The translations under genes were made by a program, and so were the position numbers. The notes beneath the pieces are model-generated. The model was not told the origin of the DNA and made no database searches. It saw nothing but the letters and a program-made list of their open reading frames with translations. From Candidatus Iainarchaeum sp. (GTDB taxonomy: Archaea > Iainarchaeota > Iainarchaeia > Iainarchaeales > CSSED10-239), in NCBI GenBank assembly GCA_028700115.1, contig JAQVTI010000024.1:1-6497 (forward strand): a stretch of DNA of 6,497 nt, in the 5' to 3' direction. Position 1 is the first letter of the stretch, and each line of letters opens with the position of its first letter. Positions 1 through 6,205 of the stretch are shown here, in pieces.

Positions 1-2
1 TA

Positions 3-2726
3 TATATTAGAAATGATTCAACTTTAACAACAATTTCTCAAGATCTTTTTAAAGATTATAGTAAGATAAGATTAGGTTTAAGGGAATATGCAATTACAGA
101 AAAAAATTTCAAAACAGATAAAAAAATAGATTTGTTTTTAAAACAAAAATATTTTTCTATTTCGGAAATAGAGCAAGGGTTAAAATTAATTGGTTTTAAT
201 AAATCAATTTCTGATTATTTTAAATCATTTAAATTAGATGATAAAGATCTTTTTTCAGAAATTACCGATTCATATGATAAATTTAAAAATATAAAGTATG
301 ATCCAAATGGGGATAGATTTGATATTGGTGAAAAGACAGAAAAGGGGGATCTTATAAAGCAATTTTTAGATTCTATAATGGATTTATTACATTTTATTAA
401 ACCACTTTATGTTAGTCTAAAAAATAAACCTTTAGATGATGACAAAGAGAAAAAATCAGAAGCATATGAATTAGATTCTAGTTTTTATACTGAATTTAAT
501 GACATTTATGAAAAATTATTAGAATTAATTAAAATATATAATCAAACTAGAAATTATATAACCAAAAAACCATTTGTAACAAAAAAGTTCAAATTAAATT
601 TTAATAATTCTACTCTTTTAGATGGTTGGGATAAAAATAAAGAAAAGGATAATTTTGGAGTTCTTTTTAAAAAAGAAAATTATTATTATCTTGGGATTTT
701 AAATCCTGAAAATAAAAAGATATTGGATAATTTAGAGACATCCGAAAATGTAGACGCTTTAGAAAAAATGGTTTATAAATTATTACCTGGTCCAAATAAA
801 ATGTTGCCAAAAGTATTTTTTAGTAAGGGTAATATAAAATATTATAATCCCTCTAACGAAATAATAGATATAAGAAATCATTCATCGCATACCAAAAATG
901 GAAAACCACAAGAAGGTTATGAAAAAAAAGATTTTAATTTAGATGATTGTCATAAATTTATTGATTTTTTAAAAGAAAGTTTAAGTAAACATCCAGAATG
1001 GGGTGTTTTTAATTTTAAATTTAAAGAAACCAAAAAGTATGCTGATTCTTCAGAATTTTATTTAGATGTGGCAAATCAAGGATATATAATAGATTTTATT
1101 AAACTAAATTATGAATCTATTTTAGATTTAGTCGATTCAGGCAAATTTTATTTATTCCAAATTTATAATAAAGATTATTCCAAAAATAAAGGAATATATA
1201 ATAAGGGTAAAAAAAATCTTCATACAATATATTGGGAAGAACTATTCTCAAAAGAAAATTTAAAAAATGTTGTGTATAAATTAAATGGAGAGGCAGAACT
1301 TTTTTATAGAGAAAAATCATTACCCGCAAAAATAACTCACCCTAAAAATCAAAATATAGATAACAAAGATCCAATAAACAATAAAAAAACAAGTTGCTTT
1401 GATTATGATTTGATTAAAGATAAAAGATATACTGAAGATAAATTTCTGTTCCATTGTCCAATTACTTTAAATTTTAAACAAAAAGATTTAAAATCTATTA
1501 ACAACGAAGTAAATAAAATTATTAAATCTAATGAAGTTAATATTCTAAGCATAGATCGTGGAGAGCGAAATTTATTATATTATACTCTTTTAGATTCTAA
1601 TGGGAATATATTATCTCAGAATTCATTAAACTCTGTTTTTGATGATTTAAATAGAAAATCAGATTATAAAGCTAAATTAGATTCAATCGAAGGAAAAAGA
1701 AAAGATGCTAGGCAAAATTGGCATAAAATAGTTAATATTAAAGAATTAAAAGAAGGATATTTATCTCAAGTGATTTATAAAATTTCTAAAATGGCAGTAG
1801 AAAATAATGCTATTATTGTTTTAGAAGATTTAAATTATGGATTTAAAAAAGGTAGATTTAAAATAGAAAAACAAGTTTATCAAAAATTTGAAAAAATGCT
1901 TATTGATAAATTAAATTATTTAATGTTTAAAGAAAAAGATTCTACTGAAATTGGTGGTTCTCTTAAGGCCTATCAATTAACAAGCAAATTTGATAGTTTT
2001 AAAAAATTAGGAAAACAATCTGGTATTATATTTTATGTTCCTGCAAGTTATACATCTAAAATTTGTCCAAAAACAGGATTTATTAATTTTATATATCCTA
2101 AATTTGAAAATATAAAACAAGCGCAAGATCTTTTAAATAAATTCCAATATATTAAATACCATCCAGCGGAAGATCTGTTTGAATTTAATTTTAATTATTC
2201 TGATTTTAAAAGTAAAAATGATAAAACTAAATTAATTAAAGATAATTGGTCTATTTGGTCAAATGGGATAAAATTAAAACAATTTAGAAATTCAGAAAAA
2301 AATAATATGTGGGATACAAAAGAAGTTAATGTAACTGAAGAATTAAAAAAATTATTTAAAGATTATGAAATGGATTATACCAGTGAAAATGATATAAAAG
2401 ATCAAGTAATTAATATTAATTCTAAAGAATTTTTAGAAAAATTAATAGATATTCTCAAATTAATATTACAATTAAGAAATTCAAGAAGTAATAGCGATGA
2501 AGACTATATATTATCTTGTGTAAAAGGTAAAGATGACAAATTCTTTGATTCTAGATCTGCAAAAGATAATGAACCAAAAGATGCCGATGCTAATGGTGCT
2601 TATCATATTGGTTTAAAGGGATTAATGATAATAGATAAAATTAAAAACCAAGAATCAGATAAAAAAGTAGATCTAAGACTACAGAATAATGATTATATAA
2701 ATGAAAGAATAAAGAGGTGTAATTAA
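3..2726 (+). CDS. cas12a: Cas12a (Cpf1) type V-A CRISPR effector, C-terminal ~907 codons; 5' end off-window
   Basis: The frame is open from base 3 (YIRNDSTLTTISQDLFKDYSKIRLGL...), and this stretch already resembles the Cas12a REC2 region, so TTG at 132 is not the true start. The product is near-collinear with remembered Francisella Cas12a. Matching motifs: YNQTRNYITKKPF..KFKLNFNNSTLLDGWDKNKE (WED-II); KLLPGPNKMLPKVFFS (PI motif, nt 777-824); YLFQIYNKDYS; ITHP crRNA-processing His (nt 1338-1340); YDLIKDKRYTEDKFLFHCPITLNFK. RuvC-I is SIDRGERNLLYYT (Asp at nt 1554-1556). RuvC-II is AIIVLEDLNYGFKKGRFKIEKQVYQKFEKMLIDKLNYL (Glu at nt 1824-1826). Also present are GIIFYVPASYTSKICPKTGF and the Nuc-domain LQLRNS Arg (nt 2475-2477). 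RuvC-III is DADANGAYHIGLKG (nt 2580-2621). Stop TAA is at 2724-2726. Confidence 0.97.
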   Translation, partial: YIRNDSTLTTISQDLFKDYSKIRLGLREYAITEKNFKTDKKIDLFLKQKYFSISEIEQGLKLIGFNKSISDYFKSFKLDDKDLFSEITDSYDKFKNIKYDPNGDRFDIGEKTEKGDLIKQFLDSIMDLLHFIKPLYVSLKNKPLDDDKEKKSEAYELDSSFYTEFNDIYEKLLELIKIYNQTRNYITKKPFVTKKFKLNFNNSTLLDGWDKNKEKDNFGVLFKKENYYYLGILNPENKKILDNLETSENVDALEKMVYKLLPGPNKMLPKVFFSKGNIKYYNPSNEIIDIRNHSSHTKNGKPQEGYEKKDFNLDDCHKFIDFLKESLSKHPEWGVFNFKFKETKKYADSSEFYLDVANQGYIIDFIKLNYESILDLVDSGKFYLFQIYNKDYSKNKGIYNKGKKNLHTIYWEELFSKENLKNVVYKLNGEAELFYREKSLPAKITHPKNQNIDNKDPINNKKTSCFDYDLIKDKRYTEDKFLFHCPITLNFKQKDLKSINNEVNKIIKSNEVNILSIDRGERNLLYYTLLDSNGNILSQNSLNSVFDDLNRKSDYKAKLDSIEGKRKDARQNWHKIVNIKELKEGYLSQVIYKISKMAVENNAIIVLEDLNYGFKKGRFKIEKQVYQKFEKMLIDKLNYLMFKEKDSTEIGGSLKAYQLTSKFDSFKKLGKQSGIIFYVPASYTSKICPKTGFINFIYPKFENIKQAQDLLNKFQYIKYHPAEDLFEFNFNYSDFKSKNDKTKLIKDNWSIWSNGIKLKQFRNSEKNNMWDTKEVNVTEELKKLFKDYEMDYTSENDIKDQVININSKEFLEKLIDILKLILQLRNSRSNSDEDYILSCVKGKDDKFFDSRSAKDNEPKDADANGAYHIGLKGLMIIDKIKNQESDKKVDLRLQNNDYINERIKRCN
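2712..2717 (+). promoter_or_regulatory. Shine-Dalgarno-like AAGAGG for the second effector, embedded in the last codons of cas12a
   Basis: aAAGAGGtgtaattaATG. The GAGG core at 2714-2717 lies 8 nt before ATG 2726, and it is one of the few purine/G-rich patches in this AT-rich stretch. Together with the TAATG stop/start overlap, this suggests translational coupling. Confidence 0.55.
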
Positions 2727-5700
2727 TGTCTGAATTGAAATTTTTAGGAGATTATTCTTATAATAAAGCAATAAGATTTAAATTAGAACACAAATGTGGA
2801 GAACTTCCAAAATTTGAAAGTAATAATTCCAATCCATTAGATCTTATTGATTTAGGTTTAAAAATTGTTGATGATTTTAAAGATTTAATATACCTAAAAA
2901 CAGAAAAAAACGAACTAAAATTAGATAAAAATAAATCCCCAATATTAACTAAATTTGTTTCTATTAAAAAGCAGTGGTTAAGATATTATACTAAATTAGA
3001 ATTTTATGATGGTTCTAAAAATAAAAGTGTTGATTTTTCAATAACTAATTTTCCATATTTGTCAGACTCTTTTAAAAAATGGATTGTGGATTGGACAGAT
3101 GCAATAAATCATTTAAATAATTTATTACAAGATAAAGAAAATCTAATGATTAGACGATCAGAAATTGCCTATTATTTATTGTTAATTAGTAGTAAGAATT
3201 ATTTTAATTATATAAAAGATTTTTCTTTTTATTCTAATGATAAAAACACCACTAAAGTTGCTGAATTTCAAAAGTTAATATTAATATTTGAAGAAAAATT
3301 AAATTCTTGTGTTATTAAATATGCCCCAGCACAAAATGCTGGTCTTCTTATTGCTAGTGGAAGTATGAATTATTATACTATAAATAAAAAACCTAAAGAT
3401 TATAATTTTGAATTAAGTCAATTGAAAAAAGAATATGAAATAAAACAAGAGGAATATAATTTATTTAAAGTATATAAAAGTACCCAAAAATCTTTATTAT
3501 TTCAATATATTAATTCTGGATTAGATAAAGACGAAATTTTAAAAAAATTAGCAGATAATTATAATTTTTATAAAGAAAACAATAAAAAAATTAAAACATT
3601 TTATAGTGGTGATAGTGGTAATGACCTTGCCTATAAATATTCTAGATTATTTGCAGATGATAGAGCATTAACAAGTATAATTAATTTAACAGATAAGATA
3701 AATGAACTTAATTTAAAACTACAAACAACCAACAATAATAAAGATCAAATAAAATTAGAAATTAGTGCATTAAAACAGAAACGAGGTTTCTATTTTATAA
3801 AAAGACACCCTCGAAAATCTGGTGATCCTGATTTTTATATCAGTAATGAAAAAAATTGGCATGATAGATACACCTTTTGTTTTTCAAATTATACTAATTT
3901 TTGTAAGATTTTTAAAGTAATTGCACAGAAAACAGGTAAATTAAAAGCAAAAATTAGAGCTATTGAAAAAGAAAAAATTGAGTCTCAAACTTTAAAATAT
4001 TGGTCATTTGTAGTAGATAGATCTGATGAAAAAGAATTGTGGATGGTTCCAAAAGAAAATAGAACAAAATTTAAGGATTTATTAAAATCTGATAACTCTA
4101 CAGATGTAAATATATACCAATTAACATCATTAACAATGAGAGCATTAAATAAACTATGTTTTGCAGAAGAAAGTTCTTTTGTTAAAGATATGCCAGATTA
4201 TCTAAAAGATCTTCAAAAAAAAGTAAAAGAAGCAACAGATGATGAGCAAAAAATTAAAAATCAAAGAAAAAAGATTAATTTTAGTACAGATATAAAAACA
4301 AAAAGCGAACTTAAATTGTCTTTTTTTAAGGAACTTATTAAAAGTGAGTATGCTAAAAGCTTATTAGACTTATCCAAATTTAATTTAGAAGATCTACAAA
4401 AAGTAAAAGATCTAAAAGAATTTGAAATGCTTTTAGAAAAAAATTGTTATGTTTTAGAAAAAATTGGTTTATCAAAGGAATCTTGTGAAAAATTAATTAA
4501 AGAGTGTAATATTTTAATATTTAAAATAACATCTTATGATTTAGAAGATAGACCAAAAAACACCTATCAAACAAAAGAAAGTGATTATAAAAGAATAACC
4601 TCTGAAATATGGAATACTTTTTGGGAAAACCCAGGTATTAATTTAAGAATTAACCCAGAAGTAAAAATAAGATATAGAGAAAAAAATGAAGAACATATTA
4701 AATATTTAGAAGAAAAAGGTTTTGATTTAACAAAAATAAAAAATAGATTTATTGTTGATCAATATACCTGTTATTTCACATTTACTTTAAATCCAGGCAA
4801 ACTTTATCCTGAATTAGTATTTGCTAAAACAGAAGAGCTAATAAAGAAGATTCAAGAATTTAATGATCAGTTTAATAAAATTAATTTAGAAGGCACATAT
4901 AAATATGGAATTGATAGAGGGTCTATTGAATTATCAACATTGTGTTTAGCTAAATTTGATAAAAATGATGTTTATACATATACGGTAGATGATAAAACAA
5001 AAACAATATTAAAACCAAAATTTCCAAATGGAGAAGAAGATATTAAAGTATATGAACTTAAAAAGGAACTATATAATAAAAAAGCAATTTCGGATTTAGA
5101 GAATTTGCCAATGGAAAAAAGAAAACCAAAAAGAATTATAGCAAATATTTCTTATTTTATAGATAAGATAAATGATCCAAATTGGTTTAATAAAAAAACA
5201 GTAACTTGTATTGATTTAACTACCGCAAAAGTAATCAAAGATAAAATAATAGTGAATGGAGATCTACTAACCTTTTTAAAAATGAAAAAAGAAGCAGCAA
5301 AAAGAGTATTATTTGAATTGGTATCAGAAGGAAAAATAACCCCTGATCATAAAGAACTAAAATGGGGATCAGAAAATTTAGAGGACCCTTCTTCTCGTGA
5401 ATTAAGATATTACCCATATACTAGTGATAAAATAGTTTATCATTTTGAAAATAATTTTGGAAGAGATTTAGAGGGGTTATTAATAAAAGATGATTTAATT
5501 TATTCAAAAGAAAATGTTTTAAGTAATTTTCAAGTATATCTAACTGAATTATTAGATAATAAATTAGTAGATAAAAATGAACCTAACACGCACACACCAA
5601 CAATTCCAAAAATAAATAATTTAAGAAGAGCACTTGTTTCTAATATGGTTGGTGTAATTACTTATTTACAAAAATATTACCCAGGATATGTGGTTTTAGA

Positions 5701-6163
5701 AAATTTAAAATCTAGTGAAGAATTAAATAAATTTGAAAGAAATTATATAAATACCTCAATTCCATTTGAAAAAGCACTGATTCAAAAATTCCAAACTATG
5801 GGGCTTGTTCCTCCGCACATAAAAAATTTGTGGGAAATAAGAGAAGAGAAAACCAAAAAAAATTTGCTTGTAAATAAACAAAATTTTCAATTAGGTGCTA
5901 TTTTGTTTGTTAATAAAGATAGAACAAGTAAAGATTGTCCATATTGCGAAAAGCCATATACTTGGGATAAAGAAAAGGCTGATGAACTAAAATTTAAATT
6001 ACATCAATATAAGTGTGGGCCAGATCCTTCTTGTGGTTTTGATACTAAAGAATTATTACCTAAATTTGATTTTTTAAAAGAAATTTCAGATCCTGATAAA
6101 ATTGCTGCATTTAATGTTGCAAAAAGATGGAAAGATATAGTAGAAAATGATGCCAAGAAATAA
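2726..6163 (+). CDS. cas12a2: Second Cas12-lineage RuvC + zinc-ribbon nuclease (1145 aa), Cas12a2-like companion effector
   Basis: This is an uninterrupted 1145-codon ORF in AT-rich DNA, where stop codons are frequent by chance. ATG 2726-2728 overlaps the cas12a stop (TAATG), and GAGG at 2714-2717 lies 8 nt upstream. The N-terminus FLGDYSYNKAIRFKLEH resembles the Cas12a WED-I signature (YSLSKTLRFEL). ILIFKITSYDL...EIWNTFW...INLRINPEVKIRYREK...RFIVDQYTCYFTFTLN parallels Cas12a LYLFQIYNKDFS...LYWKALF...YKLNGEAELFYR...RFTEDKFFFHVPITIN. RuvC-I is YGIDRGSIELSTL (D730, nt 4913-4915). RuvC-II is PGYVVLENL (E992, nt 5699-5701). The TSKDCPYC...CGPDPSC zinc ribbon comprises C1071/C1074/C1097/C1103. RuvC-III is DPDKIAAFNVAKR (D1124, nt 6095-6097). 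The Cas12a2 assignment rests on domain architecture and locus context, not on a database search. Confidence 0.8.
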   Translation: MSELKFLGDYSYNKAIRFKLEHKCGELPKFESNNSNPLDLIDLGLKIVDDFKDLIYLKTEKNELKLDKNKSPILTKFVSIKKQWLRYYTKLEFYDGSKNKSVDFSITNFPYLSDSFKKWIVDWTDAINHLNNLLQDKENLMIRRSEIAYYLLLISSKNYFNYIKDFSFYSNDKNTTKVAEFQKLILIFEEKLNSCVIKYAPAQNAGLLIASGSMNYYTINKKPKDYNFELSQLKKEYEIKQEEYNLFKVYKSTQKSLLFQYINSGLDKDEILKKLADNYNFYKENNKKIKTFYSGDSGNDLAYKYSRLFADDRALTSIINLTDKINELNLKLQTTNNNKDQIKLEISALKQKRGFYFIKRHPRKSGDPDFYISNEKNWHDRYTFCFSNYTNFCKIFKVIAQKTGKLKAKIRAIEKEKIESQTLKYWSFVVDRSDEKELWMVPKENRTKFKDLLKSDNSTDVNIYQLTSLTMRALNKLCFAEESSFVKDMPDYLKDLQKKVKEATDDEQKIKNQRKKINFSTDIKTKSELKLSFFKELIKSEYAKSLLDLSKFNLEDLQKVKDLKEFEMLLEKNCYVLEKIGLSKESCEKLIKECNILIFKITSYDLEDRPKNTYQTKESDYKRITSEIWNTFWENPGINLRINPEVKIRYREKNEEHIKYLEEKGFDLTKIKNRFIVDQYTCYFTFTLNPGKLYPELVFAKTEELIKKIQEFNDQFNKINLEGTYKYGIDRGSIELSTLCLAKFDKNDVYTYTVDDKTKTILKPKFPNGEEDIKVYELKKELYNKKAISDLENLPMEKRKPKRIIANISYFIDKINDPNWFNKKTVTCIDLTTAKVIKDKIIVNGDLLTFLKMKKEAAKRVLFELVSEGKITPDHKELKWGSENLEDPSSRELRYYPYTSDKIVYHFENNFGRDLEGLLIKDDLIYSKENVLSNFQVYLTELLDNKLVDKNEPNTHTPTIPKINNLRRALVSNMVGVITYLQKYYPGYVVLENLKSSEELNKFERNYINTSIPFEKALIQKFQTMGLVPPHIKNLWEIREEKTKKNLLVNKQNFQLGAILFVNKDRTSKDCPYCEKPYTWDKEKADELKFKLHQYKCGPDPSCGFDTKELLPKFDFLKEISDPDKIAAFNVAKRWKDIVENDAKK
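5936..6034 (+). other. Four-Cys zinc-ribbon module (CPYC...x22...CGPDPSC) between RuvC-II and RuvC-III of the second effector
   Basis: TGT/TGC codons sit at 5936-5938 (C1071), 5945-5947 (C1074), 6014-6016 (C1097) and 6032-6034 (C1103), giving a CxxC-x22-Cx5C pattern. It directly follows TSK, which aligns with the Cas12a TSKICP segment. The neighbouring Cas12a has no such cysteine pairs at that position. Confidence 0.7.
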
Positions 6164-6205
6164 TAAATTACAAGGTATTTTAAAAAACAACAAAAAAATC
6201 TAAAA

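Noticed and set aside
132-134. TTG at 132 reported as the start of the 864-aa ORF
   Set aside because: The same frame is open with no stop back to base 3. The upstream translation (YIRNDSTLTTISQDLFKDYSKIRLGLREYAITEK...) still looks like Cas12a REC sequence. The gene is simply cut by the window edge.
1117-1329. 70-aa antisense ORF inside cas12a
   Set aside because: It lies entirely antisense to a strongly supported Cas12a coding region. The product is low-complexity and Leu/Ile/Phe/Tyr-rich, as expected from the reverse complement of Lys/Asn/Glu-rich AT-rich coding DNA. It has no recognisable motif or RBS.
2667-2679. GTAGAT followed by CTAAGAC, reminiscent of the 3' handle and 5' end of Cas12a-type CRISPR repeats. 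Other isolated GTAGAT hexamers occur near 4013, 4987 and 5567.
   Set aside because: No TCTAC stem partner lies 4-5 nt upstream and there are no repeated ~36-nt units or regular spacing. All of these sites sit in-frame within coding sequence (…KKVDLRLQ…). There is no CRISPR array or orphan repeat in this window.
5235-5417. 60-aa antisense ORF inside the second effector gene
   Set aside because: The reasoning is the same: it is antisense to a 1145-codon ORF, hydrophobic and low-complexity, and has no supporting signals.
2726-6163. The second RuvC/Zn-finger protein as a TnpB/IscB-type transposon nuclease or an inserted IS element
   Set aside because: It is about three times the size of TnpB. 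It carries Cas12a-specific WED motifs at the N-terminus and before RuvC-I. No tnpA or inverted or terminal repeats are visible at its borders. It overlaps the cas12a stop by 1 nt and is followed directly by cas4, so it is an integral operon member and not a mobile insertion.
6164-6205. Possible terminator or promoter in the A-rich spacer before cas4
   Set aside because: There is no G/C-containing inverted repeat that could form a hairpin. AT-rich -10-like hexamers occur throughout this sequence and are not discriminating, so no call can be supported.
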